DNA of 64,000 bases from Octopus sinensis (lineage: Eukaryota), in NCBI RefSeq assembly GCF_006345805.1, contig NC_043008.1, forward strand, positions 39,308,001 to 39,372,000. Reading direction: 5' to 3'. A program made the translations under genes and the position numbers. This document shows positions 41,831 through 56,114 of this stretch, in pieces. The notes beneath the pieces are model-generated. The model saw only the letters and a program-made list of their open reading frames with translations. It was not told where the DNA came from and did not search any database. Numbering within the stretch: position 1 is the stretch's first letter; each line of letters begins with the position of its first letter.

Positions 41831-42214
41831 AAAGTTCAAGTGTGGCCGGTTCAGTGGTGCCATTACGTACAGATAAGAAGTTTTAAATTTTGACTTCGCT
41901 TTATAGGTTGTAAGTTTGGATGTTCACCAGTTACAATCTACTAATGTTGCCTAACCCAGTTCATACCTGGTAAAGCTAATGGACTTTTCCATTGTGTATT
42001 GTCTGTAGCAAGCCTATTTTCCTACTCAGAAAATATTTCGTAAAGGCATCTATGACTCGGTAGTATTTATACATTACCTACACTGGCTATGTGAGGTGCC
42101 TATATATCTACCAGCAGACATACGTATCATCCCGAACTTTCTACCTTTCACCCATCAAAATACCAAGAATATGACTGCTGAATAGAGAGGGCTCTGCTCC
42201 GGTACTTGAACTGA

Positions 42215-42347
42215 ACTTGTTGGTGATAGGGCAACATGAAATGAAGAGAGTTACTCAAAGACAACACGTATAACCCCGTCCAGGAATCGAACCAAGAACC
42301 TTCTGATCGTGAGCCATTTATCCTCTCTACTAAGCCACGTGTTTTCA
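42215..42347 (-). mobile_element. SINE family C, 5' fragment
   Basis: gggcaacatgaaatgaag...ccgtccaggaatcgaacc...ctactaagccacg. Confidence 0.65.
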
Positions 42348-42657
42348 TAAACAATGTATCTTAGACAGCATATATATGATTTTTAAGAAGGTAGGATATA
42401 ACTTGTGGAAGTTTTGCCAATCCTCGCCGGTCAGGTAACCATATATGTGTTGCTTCGTTGACTTGAATAATTTTATCATTGCCTAAAATCCCACCGCTCC
42501 TGCGTGTAACAGGGCTTTGCAGATATCCATAACTGTATATCGGTAGAAAAATATACTGTATGTTCAATCAGATGATCAGGTACATAGGCTTTCGCTGATT
42601 TATATCATTCAACTTCCCTAAATTAATTTTTGAAGCAACTAAATACTTTAATAAAGT

Positions 42658-42690
<33 letters not shown>

Positions 42691-43011
42691 ATTACGGAGA
42701 TATACTTGCATAGCAAGTGACTTGATCTGAGATCATGTCTGAAAACAATAACAATTGCAGCGTGTAAGGTGTCTATAACCCATTAATAAACACAAAAACC
42801 CCGTTAGATTCCTTCAACAGTTAAATTTTATTTTTGAAAATATTTTCGTCGCTTTCAAACCGCTACCTGTTCACAAACAAAATTCTGCGCTGAACTGCTG
42901 AAGTGAATCTAACGTTTTTCTTGTGTTTTTAAATGGCTTATAAACAACTTCCAGCCTGCAATTGTTCATATACATATACATATGTTTGTTTGTGTGTGTG
43001 TGTATGTATAT

Positions 43012-43145
<134 letters not shown>

Positions 43146-43956
43146 GAAAAAGTTTCCTTTCCAATTGTGTAGTCAAAAGAAATTGGTCAACATTTCCCGC
43201 CGTACAGTACTATTAAAGGAAAATAAAGTAAACATTTTGAGAACCGGAAATGTGAAACTTGCATGTAGGGTTCGATCCTAAAAGCATCGAACCCTAGTGT
43301 GATGCAAATTTAGTTAATTAATGCCATTAATGTCTTTGAGGAAATCATCGGAAGTAACTATATAATTTTTCTGCTTTAACATCAAACGGAGTCACTTCAT
43401 TTAAATCCTATGCGGTAGGAAAGAAATAGACCACCATCTTGTGAAACACAGTGTCTGTTGCCTTTGAGTTTCAGTAGACTGTATGAGCCGACAAACTTAG
43501 AGATATTTAATATTCTTGAGTAAAGCTTTAACATCAGTATCTCCACGGCATTGCATCTATGGAATAAATCAATATGCATATTAGCTTACCCATATATCTC
43601 AATTTTCACAGGGGGCGAAATATGACTAGTAAAAATGGTAATTAAGTTTCTACGAAATTCTGAAGTTGTGTCAGCTAATAGATTTGAGAAGTTGTTTGCA
43701 ATGTTAGTGATATTATCTACTCCAAACCCCATATGTAAACACATTGTGAATAAACCAATGACGCTAACAGCCAATTTTGTATCGATCTTACAACTGAATG
43801 CAGTTAACTAGGTACGAACCAATGACATTTTAGATGTTGTCCGTTCATTATACAGCGACTTAATTAGTCAATAAACTTGTAATTTAAAAAATGCATACAG
43901 CAGTATTTATAAAACCAGTTGACGCTTCCTAGATTGATATTAACGTATGACACTGA

Positions 43957-44545
43957 GGTGGCGAGCTGGCAGAAATGCGTAGCCGTATTTCGTCTGCCGT
44001 TACGTTCTGAGTTCAAATTCCGCCGAGGTCGACTTTGCCTTTCATCCTTTCGGGGTCGATTAATTAAGCACCAGTTACGCACTGGGATCGATGTAATCGA
44101 CTTAATCCGTTTGTCTGTCCTTGTTTTATCCTTCTGTGTTTAGTTCCTTGTGGCTAGTAAAGAAATAGGTATTTCGTCTGCCGCTACGTTCTGAGTTCAA
44201 ATTCCGCCAAGGTCGACTTTGCCTTTCATCCTTTCGGGGTCGATAAATTAAGCACCAGTTACGCACTGGGGTCGATCTAATCGACTTAATCCGTTTGTCT
44301 GTCCTTGTTTGCCCCCCCCCTATGTTTAGCCCCTTGTGGGCAGTAAAGAAATTAGAATTTTTAACACGCCGAAGAAAATGCTTAGTGGCATTTCGTCTAA
44401 GTTTACGTTGTGAGTTCAAATGCCATCCGGGTCAACTTTGAATTTCATCCTTCCGGAGTCGATAAAACAAGTAGCAGTTGAGAACTGGCGTCGATGTAAT
44501 CGGAATAACCACTCAGAAATTGTTGGCCTTGAACCGAAACTCGAA
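43957..44545 (+). mobile_element. Tandem array of three SINE family B units
   Basis: Units at about 43957-44168, 44169-44351 (5'-truncated) and 44360-44545 (older). Confidence 0.9.
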
Positions 44546-47059
44546 ACCGATATTAATGTATAGCACCAGTAAGTGTTAAGTTACATAATTCATTGTAAAA
44601 CTGACATTAATATTCATTAGAATTTTATTAAATACTAGGGTACCTGAAGTTTCTTAAAGACTGGCTTATTGTTCGCAGTTATGTGAAAGAGTTAGCATCA
44701 AATCTCTAAGATGAGTTGTTCATAAATATTCATCGGTCAGAAATTAACATTGTTGCATTGCGATGGTAGAAGCAGAGGAATTAAAATATCTTTCGGTATT
44801 TAGCTACATCTTATTTAATTCTCAATTCAAGTCCCATCAGGGTCCAATTTGCCGTTCGTTGATTCCGAGTTTGATAAAAATAGTTACACTCTTTCTAAAC
44901 TTGTCGAATCAGGGAATTATATTCGACTTCTATACATTAGTGAAGATTTCTTTCCTTGTTAGACTAACGTGAGATAATGGAACCACAAGAAAGGTCTGAC
45001 TTTTAATCTCGTTCCTTTCAGGTACATCGCTACCATTATGTACTGAACCGTAGCTTGGTAAAATTATTCTATCATCTTTCTGGTATCCTATAAATAAAAC
45101 ATGAGTAAAATGTGGTCGAAGATTTAAGTTCAGCATACTACAATATTTTCCATAAAGTTATCGTTATGGGAGCGTATATAATTTACATCTAGGAAAGAGG
45201 GAAATGCAATGTAGAACTAATCGAATATAATTCGCCTCATTTAAATTTTTGGGAAGAAATATTTGGGAATATTTTGAACCTCATAAAATAAAATGAATGC
45301 AATCCGAAATTGAAAACACGTCACAAACACAACTAATTTCAGATTGTCCCTTATATATATTCACACATCTCCACGAATGACGTTTATAATATTTGAATAA
45401 TACTATATTCATTATTCCTTACATTTCCTGTCTTAGCGAATTATCGCTGTCAGCAACTCTGAATGGAATACAGGCTCGCACTTCCGTTTGTTTTCCTGAA
45501 GGACCATCCAGATTTAGAATTGTCTTCGGCTGATGCTTTCGATTTATAAATACTTCTGTTATACGTGATCTTTAGCAAGGTTCAAATGACCACTCTACCA
45601 TTGAAATATTTCAACACGAACAAAAACCTCTAGAATTTTCTCTCAATATCGAGTAGGAAATCAATTGTGTCGATCCTCCATATTTTAATTTATGGTAAGT
45701 CGTGATAAGCACTAAATATAATTTCACTGTAGGACTTGTAGATCGATGACTAATTTGAAGAGCTTTGATTTCATTGATGGTAACGGTAATCAAAAATACC
45801 ATTCCAGTCACAGAAATTCAGTATTGGCTTCCCTGTGTGGTATCTTATAAATTCACTTGAATTTTAGACAAATCTGATACTTTCTGCAAATAACAAATAA
45901 TTTATGTGTGAAACAAAATTTCATTAATTTCCTTGAACAACATTAAATATTGTATAAAACCTTTACAGGTTAGACATTAAAATGTGTGTATATAATAATT
46001 TAGAGGGAGGGCATCCACAGCCAATTTAAAACAGCGACATGGAAAAATTAGCAGTTTTATTATGGTAGCCATGTGTATAGTTTTTTTATGTGAATGAGGG
46101 TAGAACACTTTAACCCAGTAGTGATCTATAGAACTTTGTACATATAGTGGAGAAGGCAAATAATCTGTAATGATCGACAGATAAAGATAAACAGATATTC
46201 GTTCATATCAGTCAAAATTCCCTCATCACGAAGAAATAAAGATACTGATTTTATATATATATTTTATTTAATCAACTGAAGGTTTTCATCGCAGAGACGG
46301 ACGAAAAATATAATTACGAAATGCTTTGGTATACTGCTCTCTCTCTCGCGAGCACACACACAAACAGAGTTATGCATACTGCCCTGTAGATACCCACATG
46401 ATGAATGCCTTTCTTTCACTTATAACAGATGCTGTTTTTGCCTCTATTCGACGATTATATATACAAAATTCGAAAGATCACCATTTGGGTATTCTCTAAA
46501 TTAAGATTTTAATTCATTAGAATTTTTGTTGCTCTTCAATTAGCTCAATCGATTTGTATTCATCATAAGAAATTGGTCACTTGGTACAGTCATGGGCAAC
46601 CGTTTTCGAGCAACGGACACGAAACATGGGCTCATCATCAGGCGGACTGTACTAAAAAAAAATTTTAAGGTAATTTTTCAGAAATTCCCATGGGATTCTG
46701 GTTGTCCATATCTGACTTAGTATGTCGCAATCAATTCAGCGATTTCTAGTCAAACACATTTTGGAGAAAAGATATTTGATTCAATCTATTCCAGTTCTGA
46801 AATAGCTATACATATTTTTGTCGATCACGATGGGATTTATTAATCAGAATATAAAGGGACGTAACTAAAAGCTGCCTTATTTTTAATCAAATATTCTGAC
46901 GAAAAATATTTTAACGTTTATTTCATTTTTTTTCTGTGAAGTAAATTATTTAGTAAATTATTTTAAAATTACTTAGTAACTTATTTTTATAAATAGACCT
47001 GCTATGAATTTGTCATGTGTATGTTGTGTCGTATATGCTACGGTGTGAGTAAACCATGT

Positions 47060-47470
47060 TTTATCTTTTCTTTGCTTTGGCCATTGAAACACGGCCATAC
47101 AGAGCCACAACATTGAAAGCTTTAGTGTAATAAATCTACCCAGCGACTTGACCTTTTAAAGGCTGGCTCTTATTCTAATATTCTGTTTTAAAGAACCGCT
47201 AAGTTACAGGGACATAAACAAAGGATCACTGGTTCACAAGCGATGGAGGGGAGATAAGCACAACCGCAACGACACACACACACACATACACACACACACA
47301 GACACACACACACAGACACACACATACTACTGGATTCTTTCAGGTTCCCTCAACGAAATTCACCCACGAGTTTTGCTCGACCCGGAGCTCTAGTAGAAGA
47401 TACTCGAACTGCTGCAGTGTGGAACTGGTCCCGGAACCATGTGGTTGGGAAGCTCTCTGGCAAGCCACTC
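47060..47470 (-). mobile_element. SINE family A, old copy
   Basis: gaaccgctaagttacaggg ... cccggaaccatgtggttgggaagc. Confidence 0.7.
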
Positions 47471-47890
47471 ACTGAATTAACAGGACATATGTCTTGTATG
47501 TTTTTTCTGTTGTGTGATAGATATTGTGTAATTTGCATGTTACCAAAACTAAAAATAAAAACACCGCAATAATTCAAGATAACTTTTACAAGCGAAGGAA
47601 AAAAACATTAAAGACATAACAGAATGGATTAAGTGGAACAATAGCGTACATGAAAACGAAAAGTATCGCGGATGAGGTCACAGTGGTGTGACGAAAGATT
47701 TCCGCACGAAGGAAATGATATAAAAAAAGAAAAAGAGAAGAACAGTAATAAACGAGTGAAGAACAAATACATACTGCGTGTGTTTATTTTGCAAAAAAAA
47801 AAAAAAAGACCGTCCCGAAATACAAAACTATCTGCTTCAACACACGCTTTCTCATCAGAAATCTTGCAGCACAAATTGATAAACGTATAT

Positions 47891-48092
47891 TTCAATATGT
47901 GACGGCGTTGGCGATTTTATTTCTCCGTCTTCCCTTCCTTGGACTTTTCCTTTTTCTATGTTTCTAACAAACAGCTCCGCTCGAAACGTTAAATCCTCCT
48001 TCTTTCTTTCCTCTCCCGAGCGTCCAATAACAATATACTTGTTCCACGTCCCCGCGTTGTTGTGTTGTCTCTTCGTTCATGTTTAGATTAAT
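47891..48092 (+). mobile_element. Repeat H1, copy 4 (core decayed CTGACGA>CTAACAA)
   Basis: 47960-47994 reads gttt-ctaacaa-a-cagc-tcc-gctc-gaaacgtt-aaat. Confidence 0.75.
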
Positions 48093-49465
48093 TATATATA
48101 TATACGTGTGTGTGTGTGTGTGGAATTTACAGAAAAACAAAAAATGAAGACAGGTGTATAAACAAAAAAGGCATGTACATATGTAAGTAAGTATGCAAAT
48201 ATATGCTTAAATCCGTGTCTGGATAGGCAATCACACATATTTACATCAACACACGCACAGACACATGCAGCGTTCTTTTAGACATGTTCTTTTTTTTTCT
48301 GTTTAGCAAATTCCACTCGCAATATATTGGCCAGCCTTCAGCTATTGTAGAATGAATTCGGCCAAAGTGCGGCAGATTGGGATCTATCTGGAGGCCTGTG
48401 CTCGCGGAACGGTCTTCTTACTGATGCGTTGCAATCCATAAACGAAAGTGTATCTCGATTATAATCTTACTATGCTATATTTTATCATAAACAGGTATAC
48501 AGATATCAAATCTCGACCTCAACATCATTGATTTTATTGGTCGTGGAAGGACAAAACCGGCCGTTGCCTCATCCTTCCAATAAACTAAATATAGCAAAAA
48601 TATATTCTGTTTTCACCTTAAGGGATTTGTATTCTTTTCAACAGAAATATTTCAAGTCTTACATGAAACGTTTGTACAAATAAACGTGTAAGATAACTAA
48701 TTTTTTTTTGGATATTTTTGATCTAAATTTTCTCCAGGAATTTAGAATTTGTCGTTGCTAAAAAGGAAAAAAAAATACAGAACATGACGATGATGTTGTT
48801 GAAAATATTGTTGTTGAATTTTACATAGTTAGAAACACGGGGAAATCAGAGAAACAAGAAAGAAAAAAACTGCAAAAATTTGTGAAACTGTCATAACATA
48901 TATATGCCACAGGGCAACATCAAAGAAGAAAATAAAAAAAAAAGAGATTTTCTCTTATCCGAGCAAAGATTATCAATTCAGTTCCAACTAACAAGAATTT
49001 TCAATAATTCAAATTTCTGTCATCGACATGAAATAAGAATTAATGTATAAGAACTGATAATAAAAATAACAACATGTGAAAATAATAAAAAAGTTTCGAT
49101 AATACAAATAATAAATACATATTTATATTATTTATATTTCCCCTGGACTTTTGCCATCATTGTCACAGCGAACGCATCATTGATTATTAACATTTTTTTT
49201 TCTTTCCCTAAAATAAGCATACTCAGCGTTTTCCTCATAGAGTACCTTGTTCTCAACAACATTGAATATAATTGCAATAGTCACGATGAAAACAACAGCG
49301 ACCATAATAACAATGATGATGTGGAGGATGATGTTGATTGGATACTAAGACACAAGGGATTAAGAACAATGCAAAATGCCAAGATTCAGGACAGAAACAG
49401 CGGAGTTTACAACAAAAAATAATAATTTTTTTGCAACAAAAAAAAGAAGAAAAAAGAAACGATAT

Positions 49466-49554
<89 letters not shown>

Positions 49555-50762
49555 GATAGATATGTATGTATATGCATAAATATACACATATATAGATGTG
49601 TGAATATTGCATATATACATATATAAATACATAATATAAACATACATGTACAGATATATCTGTATATATATATAGAGAGAGAGCGAGAGGTAGATAGATA
49701 GATAGATAGATGTATTCGTTTTGGCGCGTCGAAGCCGGAGATGACTCTGTAGAAAATAATTTTCTGCGTCGAAGCTTGCCGATTAGAGAACATGGTTATT
49801 TACATTTAAATAATAAGAGTTAAAATTGATGTTAATTAGATTAACATCAATTTAATCCAATGGCCTAGTATATTGAAAAAAATCTGAAGATTCAGAAAGT
49901 TATATTACATACATATAAGCAGAATGACCACTAGGTGGATTCCTAATATGCTAAATGTAGACCCCCATATGGTCTGACCATTAAGAAAAATAATATAACT
50001 GGAGAAATTATTAAGACACTTTGACGTTTTTAAGTACTGACGATTATGAGATGAACTAATATTAACAATTGGTTCCGTTAAGAAGGCTTCAGGAGATCAA
50101 CAATGCTTGCGATAACATTTTCGTAATGAAATTAGAGAAGCACGAAGGTTGCTAACAATCGAATCAATCACCCGCCAAAACTTATCACAAGACCACATAG
50201 AGATATTGATTCAATCCATCCATATTATACGCTTGAAATACTCTTACTGATATACATTTTATAACTGTGGCTGGTTATCCGTGTAGTTCGGCAGTCCATG
50301 TGTCTCATATAAAGTTGAATATGTATCGCTGATCGTCAGGTAGCTTGCTGCTGTCAGGAAAGACAAAAGGATTTGCTATACACAGTAAAAATCAGCTATA
50401 CTATCCATGATTTTAGGAATTTCCTGCCAGGTACAGCAATACTATATCGGCAGTGTAGCCACATATTCGGTGTAATACTTCTGTCTTTTTCCGGTGTGAT
50501 CTCTCCAAAATTATGTCAAACGATTTCACAAGATATGGATGTATTGCAAAAGAAAGATAACGACGGTCGATCAAATTTAGAAACTGAAAGACACGGTAGC
50601 TTCTCAAAAAGCCACAGACCATCAAAGCTTTCAACAAAGGAAAATTGACGGGGTTTCTGCCCCAGGCCCCGGATGAGTATCAAACAAACACTGTAATTAC
50701 ACACACATACACACACACACAAACTCACACGTAAAAATATGTATCTCTATGCATCTCTCTCT

Positions 50763-50808
<46 letters not shown>

Positions 50809-50899
50809 GCATTAATACATACAACCTATCTAACTGTCCGGAAAGACAGCGATAGAAAATTTGTGGACATTATAGGAAGGATATCATGACATTTGGAAT

Positions 50900-51295
50900 T
50901 TGAGTAAAGTCTTACATATTTTCACGGTTCCACTCACAGATTGCACTCATAATGTATGAATTAGCCGGTTGATATCTCTTTCTGAAAAAACCCAGTTTAT
51001 CCAGATTTTCCTTTACCCATTTACTAATAAAACCTAGTGCTCCCATTATTATTGCTATGAATATGAATTCATATTCCGGATATAGAAGCTGCAGGTTTCG
51101 AACCAGTTGTCTATAGATACCTTTTTTTCTCTGATTTTCAAAGAGATAGTTATATCTGCAGGGCAGCTGACCTCTATGACGGTACATAACTCTGTCGCTC
51201 TGTTCCAAACAACAATATCGGGCTTGTTATGCTTACATTTGACATACGTTTTGATAGGAATATTCCATCAGTATTCCTTATGTTGGTGGTTATGA
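50900..51295 (-). mobile_element. RLE-domain fragment of a non-LTR retrotransposon (R4/Dong/NeSL-type 3' end)
   Basis: Minus strand WNIPIKTYVKCKHNKPDIVVWNRATELCTVIEVSCPAD, frameshift, then KKGIYRQLVRNLQLLYPEYEFIFIAIIMGALG. This has the PD...E/D.x.K restriction-like endonuclease pattern and the terminal GALG motif. Confidence 0.85.
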
Positions 51296-51553
51296 ATGTA
51301 TTCCATAGCAGAGGGATTTTCTATATGTATGTATGTATGTGTATGTATGTATGTATGTATGTATGTATGTATGTATGTATGTATGTATGTATGTATGTAT
51401 ATATATAGAGAGAGAGAAAGCGAATGAGGAAGAGAAAGAAATATGGAAATAGATAAACAGAGCGATTGATGGATATATAGGTAGATAAACAGATAGAGAG
51501 GTAGACGGACAGAGAGGCAAAGAGACAGACAGACAGACAAATAGTTAGATAGT

Positions 51554-51624
<71 letters not shown>

Positions 51625-51638
51625 TTAGATGGCAGAAA

Positions 51639-52053
51639 GGCGGCGAGCTGGCAGAAACGTTAGCACGCCGGGCGAAATGCATAGCCGTATATCGTCTGCC
51701 GTTACGTTCTGAGTTCAAATTCCGCCAAGGTCGACTTTGCCTTTCATCCTTTCGGGATCGATAAATTAAGTACCAGTTAAGCACTGGGGTCGATATAATT
51801 AACTTAATCGGTCTGTATGTCCTTGTTTGTCTCCTCTGTGTTTAGCCCTTTGTGGGTAGTAAACAAATAGTTATTTCGTCTGCTGTTACCTTCTGAGTTC
51901 AAATTCCGCCGAGGTCGACTTTGCCTTTCATCCTTTCGGGGTTGATAAATTAAGTACCAGTAACGCAATGGAGTCGATGTAATCAACTTAATCCCTTTGT
52001 CTGTCCTGGTTTGTCCCCTTTATGTTTTGCCCCTTGTGGGCAATAAAGAAATA
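51639..52053 (+). mobile_element. SINE family B dimer (full plus 5'-truncated) inserted in (GATA)n
   Basis: Junction aaacaaatag|ttatttcgtctg at 51870/51871. Confidence 0.92.
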
Positions 52054-52510
52054 AGATAGATAGATTGATAGATATATTGAAAGATAGATAACTTACATTC
52101 CCGTGTGATTGGAAGTGTAGCGTTTAAATTCAGTTAACGAAACTTTTCACTAAATGATAAGACAAAAAATTCGAAGTTTCAAGTTTTAAAAATGGTGGAA
52201 TTTAATTTAAGAGAAACTATGCAGTATTTATTTCAAAATATCAGTTACGTGTAAAATAGGAGATTGTTGTGAGTTTTTTGAATAGCATCACACAAAACAA
52301 AAGTAAGAGCAAAAAAAAAGAAAACTTCGGATACAGGGAAATAAATTTATGTTAAGAAAAAATGGAAAACGATCACGAGTGTATAAAATTACATTTCATT
52401 ATTTCAACATATATATATATATATATATAATTTATATATATATATATGTATTAATAAATATATATGTGGAAATATATATATATATATATCTATATATATA
52501 TATATATTAT

Positions 52511-52600
<90 letters not shown>

Positions 52601-53219
52601 GGCCACTGTTAGTGCTGGTTATCTTCATCGTTCTGTATTATACCTGAAGACTTTTAGACGTGTATTTACGCATGCACACACGCATTACGCACGTGCGCGT
52701 ACACGCATATACACTCACACATATACACTATACATATTCATATACATATATAGTGTATATATATGTAAGTGTATATATGGATATATATATGTATATACAT
52801 ACATGTATATATAAATAAAAATATATGTACATAAATGAGTATATGTATTTATATATATATATATAAAATATGTATATATATGTACATAAAAATATATATT
52901 TACACATATACACAAATACACACACATATATATATACATATTTATATTCATGTACATATATATACATAAGAAAAACGTCATTATTGTTGATATGAGCGTC
53001 ATCCGATCCATGCTACTCACACTTCCTATTGATTGTACATTAATTTATATTGAATCAATCAGGAAGACTTCCTACTTCTTCCTTATAATACGTGTCTAGA
53101 ATTTCATAGTTATTTTTTTAATTAACTTTCTGTTCTGCTTAGTGTTTTCCTATCAAGTATTTCTTTATCTAATTCAATTTGGAAATGTGTTGCAATCATG
53201 TTTTCAGCCCTGCTTGCCC

Positions 53220-53285
<66 letters not shown>

Positions 53286-53355
53286 GTATGTATATGCATG
53301 TATATATATATATATATATTTATATGTATGCATATATATGTATATATATACACAC

Positions 53356-53392
<37 letters not shown>

Positions 53393-53429
53393 AATATATA
53401 TATATATATATATATACACATACAAATAT

Positions 53430-53481
<52 letters not shown>

Positions 53482-53615
53482 TTATATATGTATGTATATG
53501 TGTGTATATTTATATATTTATGTATGTATATATATGTATATATATATATACATACATATATATATATTATCTATATATATATGTGTGTGCGTTTGTGCGC
53601 ATGTATTTGTGTGTG

Positions 53616-53659
<44 letters not shown>

Positions 53660-54321
53660 CATATATATATATATACATATATATATATACATATATACAT
53701 ATATGTTACAGGCGCGCGTGTTTGTGTGTAATTACAGGGCTTTATACTCAGCCGGGAGCCTAGAGCAGAAACCCTGTCAAGCTTACGTATCTGTCATAAT
53801 AAAGTCTATGCTGGAGACCTGGTTGTCGACTACAATATATATTCATGTCTGTATGTATATTTATACCTACAAATAATTATAAGTGCATACACGCACACAC
53901 TCATACACACACAAGCACAATATACATATACACTCATGAACATATATTCTGGTATCCTTTTGTAAGGTCTTGGTTGAACATCGTGACTTGAAACTGATGT
54001 TTTATCTTGGGAATGTCGTTTGTCTGTAAGAATGACACGCTCTCATTTCCTGTTACTTTCATTAGTCAACATGCTAATTAATTAACCAGTTACCTAATCG
54101 ATCTCTTGATTAATCGTTCGATTTATATTTCAATCTGTTTGTCACCATTTACCCATTTCCGATGTCATGATTGAGGTGATCACTTTTCCAAAGAGTTGGT
54201 GCCTTGCGTCTCAGCTACGTCTCACATTGAAAAGAAATTCCAGACAACAAAGATGGACGTCAGACACAAATTACAAGATGTCAAATACTGGAAAGCAGTT
54301 GCCAAACTAATATTCCTACTA

Positions 54322-54544
54322 CTGGCAGAATCGTTAGCACGCCGGGCGAAATGCGTAGCCGTATTTCGTCTGTCGTTACGTTCTGAGTTCAAATTCCGCC
54401 GAGGTCGACTTTGCCTTTCATCCTTTCGGGGTCAATAAATAAAGTACCAGTTTCGCACTGGGGTCGATGTAATCGACTTAATCCCTTTGTCTGTCCTTGT
54501 TTGTCTCTTCTGTGTTCGGCCCCTTGTTGGTAGTAAAGAAATAG
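54322..54544 (+). mobile_element. SINE family B
   Basis: Close match to 33688-33919. Confidence 0.9.
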
Positions 54545-55109
54545 ATATCCCTTATACGAGAGGAGTCCTGCTCTATCCATAATAAGATATGAAACATTAG
54601 AGTCCAAGAAGAAACGTCTTACTCATTCTATGCATCAGCCACTTGAGCAATACGTGGCTGTCAGCCCTAGACGCCGCAATACAAGAATTCTCATTGGGTC
54701 CCCTGATGCTTATAACATGAAATAGAACCAACTGTGAGTATTACAGCGGGGATTTATTGAAGAAGAGAACAAGTAAACTACAATACATGTTCTACTTCCT
54801 TTGTACCAATGTTTCGTAGAATCCATCATATCTTTGAAACAGTAAAGCCTGAAGACATTATTAACGTAATACATGATAAGACTTTTAGAATTATTCAGGA
54901 ACATAGTGGCGCCAAATAGCAGGAATGAAAATTGATAATTAAGTAGGACAGTATGAGAAACTTGTGAGTGATGTGTTTTGCACATGTACTGAAATGAAAT
55001 GATGATACACTATATATAACATCTACTAGATAACCAGAGAAGCAAAACACAAACAGCAATATTCATTACACTCACACACGCACACACACATACACATATC
55101 TGTATCAAA

Positions 55110-55300
55110 CGAGCTGGCACGACGGCTGAAATGACTAAGTACCCTTCGTCCGTCTTTATGGAGTTTAAATTCCTCCGAAGTGGAATTTGCTTTTCATTGC
55201 TTCAGCGTCGATATAGTAAGAACCAGTGAAGCACTGGGGTCGATGGAGTCGACAGACCTTTCCCCTGATATTGCTGGCCTTGTGCCAAAACTAGAAACAT
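55110..55300 (+). mobile_element. SINE family B, old copy
   Basis: cgagctggc...gagtttaaattcc...gcactggggtcgatg. Confidence 0.65.
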
Positions 55301-55388
55301 CTATCTCTCTCTATCTCTATCTATCTATCTACTATCTATACACACACACACATATATATATGTATACATACATATATATGCATATATA

Positions 55389-55636
55389 TATACGTAAGTA
55401 TGAGAGAGTTAACGTTAAGTGGTTAACTCTAGTGCTAGAAATAGCTCCTTATTCTGGTATAGCCACCGAAGTTGTTTCCACAGAAGAAACAACATTACCT
55501 TCAATTTCGCTTCCCTTACGTTGAAGGTAATGTTGTTTCTTCTGTGAAAACAACTTCGGTGGCTATACCAGAATAAGGAGCTATTTCTAGCACTAGAGTT
55601 AACCACTTAACGTTAACTCTCTCATATTTACGTATA
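55389..55636. other. 248-bp palindrome (116-bp arms, 2 mismatches, 16-nt loop)
   Basis: Arms 55389-55504 and 55521-55636 are reverse complements. Confidence 0.97.
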
Positions 55637-56059
55637 AATTTGTAATGTCTCCCTGGTTTTTATGTGCTAGGCCACTTGGTGTTAAACTGACGGTATTATT
55701 AAATTAATATCTAATTTTTCACCCTCATTTATGAGTATATATATATATATATATGACCCAAATTTTATAGGGTTGTGTGATTTGAAATATTCAAACGGTT
55801 ATCAAGGTTGCATAAATGTTCTTAACTAGGTGAATGCTAAAGATATCTCGTAGAAATAATGGTATAAAAATCGAACCACTTAAGACTGATTCACGAAGTC
55901 ATCAGAAATCTTCTTAACAAAATAAGGAACCAGAGCAGGCTAGGTTCATTGGACATCAGAGGAGGAGAAGACGTCCTGGTTATTTTGGAGAAAACTGAAA
56001 AAAAGGAAGAGGGAACGAAAGAGAGAGAGAGTGAGAGAAAGAAAGAAAGAGAGATAGTG

Positions 56060-56114
<55 letters not shown>

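Noticed and set aside
49823-49853. 14-bp AT-rich hairpin (aaattgatgttaat-tag-attaacatcaattt)
   Set aside because: Short and low in GC, with no other supporting context.
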